From Eledone cirrhosa (Eukaryota): a DNA stretch of 64,000 bases. Below the pieces are notes generated by a model. It saw only the letters and a list, made by a program, of their open reading frames with translations. It did not search any database and was not told the origin of the DNA. The translations under genes and the position numbers were made by a program. The stretch's first letter is position 1, and each line of letters begins with the position of its first letter. Positions 43,369 to 54,654 of this stretch are shown here, piece after piece. The stretch is from assembly GCA_964016885.1 (NCBI GenBank), contig OZ024753.1, positions 15,004,001-15,068,000 of the forward strand, read 5' to 3'.

Positions 43369-44763
43369 TGTATGTATGTACGTATGTATGTATATGTGCA
43401 TATATGTATGTAGGTAGGTATGCGTATATTTCTAGCTATGTAGACGAATGCCAGGGGGATTGATGGGCGTTAATCTATATCTGCTGCCTTCTGTTACAAA
43501 TCAATTGAGACCTGGAACATGCGTATTTCTGCTCACATCTGTAATTCTAACCATTTTTGACAGCGAATCAGCTCCCTATTTTCATATTCTGAAGATATGT
43601 AGGTGGACTGAAACACTAAACTCCCCGAGACCCTAGTAATTATAGCAGAGTCCTGCTGCGAGTAACGGTGCGTTTCAGCTAGATTTTGGAATGTATTTAT
43701 AGATGCTTGATGGAATGGAATCAACAAAAATCGTCCTTGAGCTGTACATAGGTACACAGTGAAATACTAGAATACATCCAGTGATAAGGTACCTTTAGAA
43801 TAATGGAGAAAGACAGCAATAGAAGTGATGATTGTGGTGGTGGTGGTGGTGGTGGTGGTGGTGGTGATTGTTTTTGCAAGAAGACCAACATTAATTCAAA
43901 TTGCATGCACGCATGTTACCGTAACTTCTGAGGGAGCCGTAGGGGAAACGTAATGACATATGGCGTTTCTGGGCTATTTTAAAACCTGGCAGAGCCGCTC
44001 TCCAGATCTGAATACAGCAGATTTCTTCCAGACAAGGATAGAGAGTGATAGAATTGAAGCGAGAAAAAGATGTAGAGGAAGAATAGACCCCAGTACATGA
44101 CTGGTACTTTTGCGTTTTTTTCGACCACGAATGGATGTAAAACAAAGTTGACCTCGGCGGGAAAAGAACTCTGAGAGTAGAAAGCCGATGGTCTAACGAC
44201 TCTGCTAATTTAGCGCCAATTTCAAGCTGACCACAGGTAACAGGGAAGTGAAGATTGGTGGTGGTGGTGGTAGTGGTGTTGGTGATGATGGTAGAAGGGC
44301 AAGCACTTGGTCATGTTATAGTGAAGTGGAGATTGGTGTTGGTGTGACCAACACATCTCCTTCACGTTGACCACAGGTCTTCCTCGACTATCTCTTCACC
44401 AACAGTTTCAGCCATCGCAGTAGTCCACGAGAAACATCTCAAACCACACCTTTCTCAAATTCTTTCTAATTGCACGCATACACACATACAGAAATGTGTA
44501 TATATATATATACACACGGCACGCGTACATGAGTGTATATGGGTATGTGTGTACGGTACAAACATGTGTGTATATATACGTGTACGGTTCAGAAATATGT
44601 GTGTGTGTGTACACATACAAGCAGATGATAAAGTATTCAGGTAATAGAGATTTTCCAAACACTCATTTCCCGTGTTTATTTCTCTCTCTTGATTATATAT
44701 GTATATATATAAATATATATATATATACAGAGAGAGTAAGAAAGATATAGATATATATGTGTG

Positions 44764-44824
<61 letters not shown>

Positions 44825-44976
44825 TTCCTGTATGAGCAAGGCATGGTCAGCCGACCAGACACTGCCCACAACAGGACAACCCGTCTAACCCATGCTAGCG
44901 TGGAAGAACGGACGTAAAACGGTGATGATGATGATGATGATGATATATATATATATATATTAAAATAACAGATTAA

Positions 44977-45027
44977 AGTTTAAGCAAAGAATCGCTGCTT
45001 TCACCCTTAACGGGATCTTCTGAAACT
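44977..45027 (-). ncRNA. Hammerhead variant with CAGAAGA core (copy at 48510-48560)
   Basis: Minus: AGTTT-CAGAAGA-T-CCC-GTTAA-GGG-T-GAA-AGCA-GCGATTCTT-TGCT-T-AAACT. Confidence 0.55.
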
Positions 45028-45097
45028 ATAGAAATAGATCTCTGAACCTAGAAGGAAATATTTCGAAAAACGTTGCAACCGAAGGAAAACAGGAAGA

Positions 45098-45173
<76 letters not shown>

Positions 45174-45510
45174 AAGAGAAAGAGAAAGAGAAAGAGAGAT
45201 GCATCAGACTTGGTCAGAAATGATGCAGAACGAATTTCAAAGTGAAATCAAAATATACATATTAAGAATCAAAATATTTAATGCAAAAATTTTGATTTAA
45301 AAGTAACACAAAAACCTTCTTGCGACGAAACACGTGGATTACAACCCCTCCCCCTCACTTCTTTTTCGCTCAAAATATTCCCAGGTATCTTGTTATGAAA
45401 CTTATAGGAACTTTTTATTGGCTTCTCCTTTCTGAAACATTACACGTGTAAGATATGTAGGCTTGTTCTTCTTGTTGTTTTTATTCTGCAGCCTTATTTG
45501 TTGTCGTTGT

Positions 45511-45541
<31 letters not shown>

Positions 45542-45649
45542 CTCGCAGAAAAAAAATGGTGGCAGCGTAGAGTAAAATTCTATGAATAGATATTGGTATT
45601 TCCCCTGGTCGTCTTATTAAAAACATATTGAGTTACTGAAGATGTCTGA

Positions 45650-45920
45650 CGTAGGGGTGTGGATAGGTGTGAGATGAGGCGGAGGTGGTGGAGGTGTGTG
45701 GAACGAAGGAGGGTGGGAGTGGAGGTGTGGGGGACGAAGGAGGGTGGGGTGGAGGTGTGGGGGGACGAGGGGGTGAGGGGGAGGGGGAGAGGGAGGTGGT
45801 GGAGGATGTGTAAGTGTGGGACGAAGGTGAGGGGTGGGTGGGTGTTGGAGGAGGTGGAGGGGGTGTAAATGAGGGACGAGGGCGAGGTGGAAGAAGCAGA
45901 GGAGGAGGCGCGCGGGGCAG
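45650..45920 (+). repeat. G/purine-rich low-complexity tract
   Basis: Repeated GGAGGTGTGGGGACGAAGGAGGGTGG-like motifs. Confidence 0.7.
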
Positions 45921-45931
45921 CAAGGCAATAA

Positions 45932-46095
45932 TAATTGTTTCTACCTGTTGGCACAAGGCCAGCAATTACCTCAGTGCATTACTGGTACTTTATTGTATCG
46001 ACCCCGAAAGCATAAAAAGCAAAAATTAACCATCGGCGGAATTTGAACTCAGAACATAAAGGGCCGTAACTCTATGGTTTTAAGCATGGCGCCCA
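45932..46095 (-). mobile_element. Family A SINE
   Basis: Reverse complement of the consensus. Confidence 0.7.
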
Positions 46096-46199
46096 AGTAA
46101 TATATGATTAGACATCATATCACCTTTCCCTTAGTATATGATACGGGATATCATAGTGACAATCTGAACGGCCTACCACAAATATATATATATTTATAT

Positions 46200-46535
46200 A
46201 TAGGAAAATAGTCAAGACCCCCAACGGCTGAGTTCCGGCCGTTTCGACGGCAGGAACCTAGATAAACTTATCAAGGGGTACAATCCATATATGGGCATGC
46301 AATCAAAGCAGAGTAGACGTATCAAATATATGTAGTCTACCCCTTGTTGTTAAGTTCAGCTAGGTTCCTGCCGTCCTAAAACTACTGGTTTAGTTCGGAT
46401 CTAGCCGTCGAAACGGCCGGAGCTCAGCTGTCGGGTCCTGACTATTTCCCTATTACCCACTCTACTACACTAAGTATCGAGTACACCGATGCCTTATGGT
46501 CCACCTGGTTCCTTGCAACACTTTATTTGTTTTAT
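46200..46535. mobile_element. Diverged family H element with nested inverted repeats
   Basis: GACGGCAGGAACCTAG / CTAGGTTCCTGCCGTC; GAAACGGCCGGAGCTCAGCTGTCGGG; 3' part matches family H. Confidence 0.65.
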
Positions 46536-46709
46536 ATATATATATCAACTTGAAATTGATTGACATATATATCTATATCTAAAATAAACATATTAAACAA
46601 TCACAGGGGATAATTTGTAAAGTGTGTAAGCACACACAGCTAGGTAGGTAACTAATGTCTTTCGGACATGACACCCTTAATTTAATTTTGTATATATATA
46701 TATATATAT

Positions 46710-46869
46710 ATAGGAACAAGTAAGACCCCGACAGTCCAGAATTAGCCGTCGAAACGGCTTGAGCTCAGCCGTCGGGGTTTTACTTGTTCCTATTACCCAC
46801 TCTACTACCCTAAGTATTGAGTACTTTGGTGCGTTATGGTCCACCTGGTTCCTTACCACATTTCCTTCG

Positions 46870-46872
<3 letters not shown>
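46710..46872 (+). mobile_element. Family H element with short inverted 5' piece
   Basis: GGAACAAGTAAGACCCCGAC then AGTCCAGAATTAGCCGTCGAAACGG...TTCCTTCGTTA, TA-flanked. Confidence 0.75.
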
Positions 46873-46942
<70 letters not shown>

Positions 46943-47229
46943 AAATAAATAAATAAACAAAAAATAAATAAATAAATAAATAAATAATAAATAAATAAAT
47001 AAATAATAAATAAATAAATAAATAAATAAATAATAAATAAATAAATAAATAGGGTTCTAGCGTCAATTACGTTGGATTGTAGAATATTGTTGCAGAAAAT
47101 CACAAGAAAAATTTGAACCATGTCCAATAAATGATTCTTTCTAATATTGGAACAAGGCCAGAAATTTGAAGGGGGTGATGGAGGGGAAATTCGATTATAT
47201 TATATCAACATCAGTCGCTCTCCGACAGG

Positions 47230-47420
47230 CGGTCGTGCAGTGGAGACTTCTGCTGTCCTTGGCCTTATAGGGATACTTATCACCATAGGGGCTGAGCTGG
47301 CCAGCCACTGGTGTGAGCCTCGCGAGATGGAATGGCTCTTCCAGCACATCTCCCTTACCATCCTCTGGGGGGAACGCCTTCTCCATCCAGTCCACCGGGG
47401 CCGTGGGGCAACCAGCACGT
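47230..47420 (+). pseudogene. CRE-clade non-LTR element C-terminal remnant
   Basis: AVETSAVLG...IGAELA....EPREMEWLFQHISLTILWG then frameshift to GNAFSI, resembling the CRE AVET.G..G...L.QRIS.A..RGNA pattern. Confidence 0.65.
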
Positions 47421-47827
47421 GGGACCCCATTTGCTCATAATACAGAGAGATGGGGGAGCGTGAGAGAGATGGAGGCGATGACAGTGGGAGTTCGGCTGTT
47501 CTGTGTTCGCACCTGGTGTACAGCGTCAGTTGTCCGTACTGAGGTAGTGATTCATATATATATTTTTTTTTTCCCCTATTCTTTCTCTCTCCCTTTTACT
47601 ATTCTTTCTCTCCCTTTCAATATTTTTTTTCTCTCTCCCTTTCACTACTTTCTTCCAACAGTTTAATTTAAATAAACCGTTGTTTTTTCAATTTTTCTGA
47701 CACTCATTTGCATACTCACTCATAACTTTGTATCACCCTCAATAAAATATTTTACCCACTATCCAACGAACCTCAACCGTTAAGGTTGTCTTTATGCGGG
47801 TATGTCAATATTTATAAAACAAATTTG

Positions 47828-47893
47828 TATTATATCTGATGAAAGCGCACCAAAATTTGCCTTGGTTGCCCTTGAAATATATATAATAAAATA
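47828..47893 (+). ncRNA. Type I hammerhead in ~235-bp repeat (47795-48030)
   Basis: TATTATAT-CTGATGA-AAG.GCACCAA/TTGGT.GC.CTT-GAA-ATATATAT-A-ATAAAATA. Confidence 0.7.
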
Positions 47894-48037
47894 ATTATGG
47901 TTTTATAAATATAGTTTCCATTTATTAATATATTGAATATTTACTCCACTTTCTGTTGAGTGCTTTTTCTCAGTTATAAAAATGTTTAAGCTTGTTGAAT
48001 CCCACCAAATTAAATATAACTTCTGCATATATATATA

Positions 48038-48180
48038 TACTGGTACTTTATTTTATCGGCCCCGTAAAGATGAAAGGCAAAGTTAACCTCGGCAGGATTT
48101 GAACTCAGAATGGCAAGGGCCGTAACTATGCGTCAAAGGATGGCGTCTGACCCTCTACTGATACTGCCAATTCACCGAAT
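48038..48180 (-). mobile_element. Family A SINE
   Basis: Reverse complement of the consensus. Confidence 0.7.
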
Positions 48181-48231
48181 AATAGAATAAATATGGTTTT
48201 ATAAATATAGTTTCCATTTATTAATATCATT

Positions 48232-48408
<177 letters not shown>

Positions 48409-48575
48409 ATAAATTTGAAGACTCAAATCCAAAGAGGGCTCGATAAGGATAAATATATATCAAATATATAAGAACCGTAGAGCAAATATTTATTAAAGTA
48501 ACAGATTAAAGTTTAAGCAAAGAATCGCTGCTTTCACCCTTAACGGGATCTTCTGAAACTCTATTATTTTAATAA

Positions 48576-48607
<32 letters not shown>

Positions 48608-48639
48608 TAAGATCAAAAGATGGTTAAAAGAGTTCCATG

Positions 48640-48710
48640 TATTTTATTATGCGCATTTCAAAAACAAATATCATCATGCAATAACATTTGTGTTTTCATC
48701 AGATAAAATA
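48640..48710 (-). ncRNA. Type I hammerhead ribozyme
   Basis: Minus: TATTTTAT-CTGATGA-(ACAAATGTTATT/GATGATATTTGT stem)-GAA-ATGCGCAT-A-ATAAAATA; perfect 8-bp stem I, palindromic stem III, AUA. Confidence 0.8.
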
Positions 48711-48824
48711 GGAAGACATGATATGAAGGTTAAAAAACACTTGTGGATAGTGCAGTTTTAAATCAACATATCAACATATATATATATAGCTCAAGTATAA
48801 CCACTATCATCGCTACCACCTCAA

Positions 48825-49810
48825 CACCAGTACTTGACTGGTTGTATATTTTATCGATCCTTGGAAGGCTGAAAAGCCAAAGTTGACCTCTGCGGGATTT
48901 AAATTCAGAATGTAAAGAGCTGGAGCAAATACTGCAAAGCATTATGTCCGATGCTCTGCCAATTTTGCTGAGCTGTCTCCCTAAATATATAATTGTTTCT
49001 ACTTTTAGCACAAGGCCAGCAATTACCTCAGTACATTACTGGTACTTTATTTTATCGACCCCGTAAGGATGAAAGGCAAAGTTGAGCTCGACGGGATTTG
49101 AACTCAGAACGTAAAGGGCCATAACTTTATGCTGGAAAGCATGGTGTCTGACGCTCTACCAATACTGCCATGGTGTCTGACGCTCCACCGATTCTGCCAA
49201 TCCACCACTGGTGTCTGATTTGGGTACAAGCCCAACAATTTTAGGGGCAGAGGAATGTCGAGTAAATGGATATCAGTACTTGATAAAGGCAAAGTTGACT
49301 CTGGCGGGATTTTAACCCAGAATGCAAAGAGCTGATACAAGCACTGCAAGGCATTTTGATGCTCCTACAACTTACAATGGTTTCGGGTTTAGGCATAGCG
49401 CCTAAATTTTGGGGGCAGGGAAATGTCGATTAAATCGAACCTAATGGTACTTTATTTTATCGACGCCATAAGGATGAAAGATAAAGTCAACCTCGGTGGG
49501 ATTTGAACTCAGAACATAAAGGGAGGTAACTATATACCACAGAGGCTGTTGTCCGATGCTCTACCGATTCTACCAATGAAGGGCCCTATATACACAATAA
49601 TAATACTTTCTTTATCAGGCATTTATTTGTATTTATTTTATAATAATTGTTTCTACTTTTTGGCACAAGGCCAGCAATTACCCAGTGCATTACAGGTACT
49701 TTATTTTATCGACCCCGTAAGGATGAAAGGCAAAGTTAACCTCGGCGGGATTTGAACTCAGAATCGCAAGGGCCGTAACTCTTCGCTTGCAAAGCATGGC
49801 GTGCGACCCT
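48825..49810 (-). mobile_element. Cluster of about 5 family A SINEs of differing divergence
   Basis: Repeated AAAGTTGACCTC..GGGATTT motifs near 48880, 49080, 49290, 49485 and 49735. Confidence 0.7.
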
Positions 49811-49811
49811 C

Positions 49812-50005
49812 ATGGCAACTGTAGCCATATTCCACTTAGAAAAGAGATGTCTTCTAATGAACATATCAGTCTCCACAGATAACAATATATCTCTCAAAGA
49901 AACCGAGAAAATATATAAATATAAAGATCTAGAAAACAGAGATAAACCTGATTTAGATGATAAAAATAGAAACAATCACTATAGTAATAGGTGTTCTGGA
50001 TACTA
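49812..50005 (+). pseudogene. R4/Dong-like RLE fragment
   Basis: KRCLLMNISVSTDNNISLKETEKIYKYKDLE then KIETITIVIGVL. Confidence 0.65.
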
Positions 50006-50859
50006 AAGTACACACACACACAGTCATACACACACACAGTCATACACACACACACACAGTCATACACACGCACAGTCATACACACACACACAGTCATACA
50101 CACACACAGTCATACACACACACAGTCATATACATAAACAAAATATACAGATTATACAGAAACAGCACCGACAAAGCAATATGATCCTTCATACTACACC
50201 TCCTCCTACTACGACCACGACCACCACCACCACCACTTCTACTACTATTACTAATACCACCACCACCACCAGCACCAATTCTACCACTACTACTATTACT
50301 ACCACCACCTATACTACTTCTACTACTACCACTACTACTACTACTACTACTAGCACCACCATGACCATGACCACCACCACCACTACTAATACTACTACTA
50401 CCACCACCACCACTACTACCACTACTATTACTACTATTTTTATTTAGGACTTTACGTAATGTCTTGAACAAAAACAACACTAAGCAGGGTAATAGTAGTA
50501 GTAGTAGTAGTAGTAGTAGAATTAACAGCAACAGCAGTCAAACCATCATCAACATTAACATTATCTTTGTAAGCTTATGAATATCATATAATAAATTCTT
50601 AGAGTCCCCTTCGGCCAAGAATGACCACAGGTGTGCACCTAGAAAGTTCTCTTCCGATGCACAAGACGAGGTAAGACCAATAGTTACCCAAGTATACGAG
50701 TCTCTCCTCTCCACGCCACCGATGTTGTCCAAGGGAAAGGCAAAGACTGATACAGCTTGGCACTGGTGACCTTACAACTCATATATAGACATTATATACA
50801 CAACAATTATATACATACACCAAATAAACTATGGATACATTATATACATTATATACCCA

Positions 50860-51272
50860 TTATCTATCTATCTAGGGCGGGTAAAATTCCAGAGATCCAT
50901 GGACGAGTTCTCTCCAGCGGTCTCTGTCCTTCATCACCGTCGCCATGTCCTGCGTCTCCCAGAAACCTGCGTCTGTCCTTAGGTCATCAACATATGTTAA
51001 CCATGGTCTTCCTCTTCCAGTGTATCCTTGTAGGGGCTCCCACGGGGGCACTGAATGCAGTATCAACTCCGATGTCGGTGAGTATATCCAGCTAATCTCA
51101 GTCTCCGCTGTGTTACTTTTGAGCTGACTTTTGGACACGAAACTCACTCAAATGGTGGATGGGTGCTACTCGAGAATGCTGAGGATGGCTCTGAACATTA
51201 ATCAGTGTAGACTGAGGATGAAGAACTCAGAGCTGTACGGGAGCCACCCAAACGTCAGCTCGAAAGTATACA
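50860..51272 (-). mobile_element. RTE-X-like LINE 3' end with 5' inversion
   Basis: 50860-51133 parallels 35180-35455 on minus; 51137-51270 on plus encodes TKLTQMVDGCYSRMLRMALNINQCRLRMKNSELYGSHPNVSSKV. Confidence 0.75.
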
Positions 51273-51510
51273 CAACACATGCTTACGCATGTGCACAAGT
51301 ATAGCTCCTTTTACAAAACGTTTTTTTTTTCCATTTCAGGTAGACGCGCTCCATCATCCACTTTTCTAAAAAATAAATCATACACAAAACGCCAGCACCA
51401 ACAGTTTTGCATGAGATGTCAACACGAATGGACCTGTTATTTTTATCTAAAGACATTTTTTTCAAATTCCATCCCGCCCGTCCCTTCAATCTATCTTATT
51501 TCTCATTCTT

Positions 51511-51546
51511 TCTTCTGATGAAGGACTAGCATCCGAAACGTTAAGA
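51511..51546 (+). ncRNA. Minimal hammerhead (Penelope-type)
   Basis: TCTT-CTGATGA-A-GGA-CTAGCA-TCC-GAA-ACGT-T-AAGA; palindromic stem III, GUU. Confidence 0.75.
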
Positions 51547-53779
51547 CCCTGTTCCTGCTATATCAAGCGTTAAACTAATATATCCCTTCCATATACTGTA
51601 CCGATTGTGTTGTTATTTCTGTTTACCTTTTACATACATATATATATATATATACACACAATATACCCACTAGATATGATGTTGTCCAAGGGAAAGATAA
51701 AGGCGAATACAGCTTGGCACCAGTGACGTCACAACTCATATATACACACTATATATACAATATATATAAACTCGATGTACATTATATATACACTATATAT
51801 GATGTTGTCCAAAGACAATGACCGATTGAACTTGGCACCAGTGACGTGATAACACACTATATGCACTATATAATTTCTATATACCGTATATATACACTAT
51901 ATATACCAAATATATACACTATATGTTATCCAAGAGAAAGAGAATGTTCGTTACAACTGGCACCAGTGACGTCACAGCTCATGACCGCCATCCATCTGAG
52001 TGAACTGGAGCATACTCAACATTATATATATATAAACATACATATATATATATATATATACACACACACATACATACATAGATACATATATTTATGTATA
52101 TAAATATATATATATATATGTATGTGTGTTTGTGTATGAATATAAATATATATATAAATATATATATTTCCAGATAAATATATTACACACACACCTATAC
52201 ACACCCACACACTCACATACACACACATATATATATATACATACATACACACATACACATAGCGAGAGAGGGTGGATATTTGTTTGTGTGTTTTTAACAT
52301 TGCACACTGGAAAAGTATGTCAAGGGTTTTCGTACTGCGGAAGCTAAGTATGTCAGGTAAATATTCATAATGAAGGAGGAGGAGGAGGGGGGGGGTAGTG
52401 CTGGTGGGATGGAGGAGGAGGTTGTATTGATAACATCTGTAAGAGAGGGTGTGAAGAGGATAGGAAGAGAGGCTATGGAATATTAAGCACCACCCGCTCA
52501 AAGACAAAAATATATATTTCAACTTAAGTTTCGCACCTCCTCCACACTTCGCCTTCTTCCAAATCACGTGACTGGAGAATGTCAGACATATTTTTGAGGG
52601 ACGATTCGAATGCCGGCTGTTCTAGAGTGAAACGTTTGAATGGTGTTTATATATCATTCGTTGGTGTGATGTAAAGCCAGCGATATTACACAAACTTTAG
52701 AGTCAATGGTGTATCCACCTTTGCAAAGCTTTCGGCCGGATTATTTGTCTGAGTTACATTTGCCGTCCTAGTTATTTCATGTTGCTAGTCGACAGCAGAA
52801 ATACGTCGATGTTTGCCAACCAAACTGATCTCATTCATTACTGTTTCGTGTTATCTGTCTATCTTTCTTTTCTTTTATGGGGCGTCGGATTTATGGAAGG
52901 GAGGAGGTAATGCTGGAGTGAGAGAGTGATGGTGAACATTCGAAGGAATGTGAGTTACATTATCGACAAGATATCCAGTTTCAATGTGCTGAAAGCTCTC
53001 AATGGTTCTACAGAGATTTGAAATTAATGTAAGGTTTCGTTAAAGATGGTTGTTTCACCAACATAGCTTGTAAAGCGCTTGATAACATTGTCTTGATTTT
53101 AATAACTTGTACTACTTCTACGTTAATTTCTGAATTCCAATTCTACATACCGGCGGGTTAAATTGCATTTCTGTCCACGCGGGATCAATAAATGCAATCT
53201 GCAGTTAAGTACCAGGATCACCTTAATTAAACATAACATCTTTTCCAACCAAACATAGAAAACCCCCAAGAGTTTATGTTTGGATGTAATTTAGACGTAG
53301 CATAGCAGAATTGCTAAAAGGTTTATTTCTCATTCGGAGTTTGATCCTATTGCGCGACATTTTCAGCAACTGTCATTTATCACAGCCCGGTTAAAACCCA
53401 TGCCATCTGAATTAAATTATATATTTTTAGAAAATCTCATTTACCATACCCTCGGTTAAAACCCGTACTACGTCAGTGAAACTGTATGTATGTAAACAGG
53501 TTTTGGAAGCCATTTGTATGAAAATACTTGTAGTTGAAATGCCTATCCTTGTCACATTGTGTTACAATAAATGTCACCGGGGCTTACCTTAAGTGTACAA
53601 GTACCTTGGGAACGCTCAGCCAATTACAGTAAAATGCTTTCTGATTTACGCAGGATGCTAACAAATGTTGGGGGAGGGAAAGTCGATTTAAGTTTAAAAC
53701 TTGAACTAAAAGTTAGAGTCGCTGAAAAAGATGAAAATTACTTCAAACTTCACGGCGTCGATAGTGAACAAAAAAAAAG

Positions 53780-54005
53780 GGTTTCAGATTTAGGCAGAAG
53801 GCCAACAATTTTTGTGTGTGTGTGGGGGGGTGGGGGGGGGGGGTGAATCGATTAAGTCTGTCCCAGTACGGTACAGGTACTTTATTCCATCGACCCAGTA
53901 AGGATGGAAGTCAAAAAGCTAACGTTGGCGGTATTTGAACTCAGAACATAAAAGGGGGCAACTCTACGCTGCAAAGCATGTTGTCCGACACTCTACCGAT
54001 ACTGT
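53780..54005 (-). mobile_element. Family A SINE
   Basis: Reverse complement of the consensus. Confidence 0.65.
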
Positions 54006-54129
54006 ATATCATACAAGGTGGACTGTGCAGGTAAATCAAAGGGCAAGTTTTGGTAGACACTGTGCTTCAAGTAATAACCTTAAAAATTACGTTATGCGTA
54101 CATTTGTACATCTGTGGACTCTCAGCACT

Positions 54130-54580
54130 TAGGTACTTCCACGCTAATTTCCTGAGCAGCCTGCGTTTAGAATGTCTCAGGAAACTATTGCTCCACAGAT
54201 TTTACAGGGAAAATTAACAGACAGGTGACCCAGGAGCAAGATGGTTGGTTGATATCTACGAGCCCGGTCGGTCTGACTTGGGGATCCAGCAGGGTCAATT
54301 GGAAACGATTGCCTCTGAGAGGACCCGCTGGAAGGAGTGTTTGGGTCCACTACAAACCCTCTCGGGAATATGTAGTATAAGAAGAAAAAGAAAAAGAAAA
54401 AGAAAAAGAAAAAGAAAAAGAAGGACGAGAAGAAAAAGAAGAAGAAGAAGAAGAAGAAGAAGGAGAAGGAGAAAAAGAAAAAGGCGAAGAAGAAGGCGAA
54501 GAAGAAGGAAAAGAAGAAGAAGAAGGCGAAGACAAAGAAGAAGGCGAAGAAGAAGAAGAAGAAGAAGAAGAAGAAGAAGC
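54130..54580 (+). mobile_element. Decayed RTE-clade 3' end with (AGA)n tail
   Basis: DLGIQQGQLETIASERTRWKE followed by (GAA)n. Confidence 0.5.
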
Positions 54581-54654
54581 TGTTTATGGAATGGGTATAA
54601 TATTTCTAGTTGAAACCAGCGGAGGTTCATTTACCTTTTGCTGTTTCTAAGTTG

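Noticed and set aside
43440-44470. Possible host exons
   Set aside because: Short ORFs with no recognisable domain or consistent splice pattern; part resembles decayed RTE sequence.
50094-50531. Thr- or Gly/Ser-rich ORFs (also poly-Ser at 57858)
   Set aside because: Trinucleotide microsatellites.
54245-54613. Protamine-like Arg-rich ORF
   Set aside because: Translation of a (GAA)n retroelement tail.
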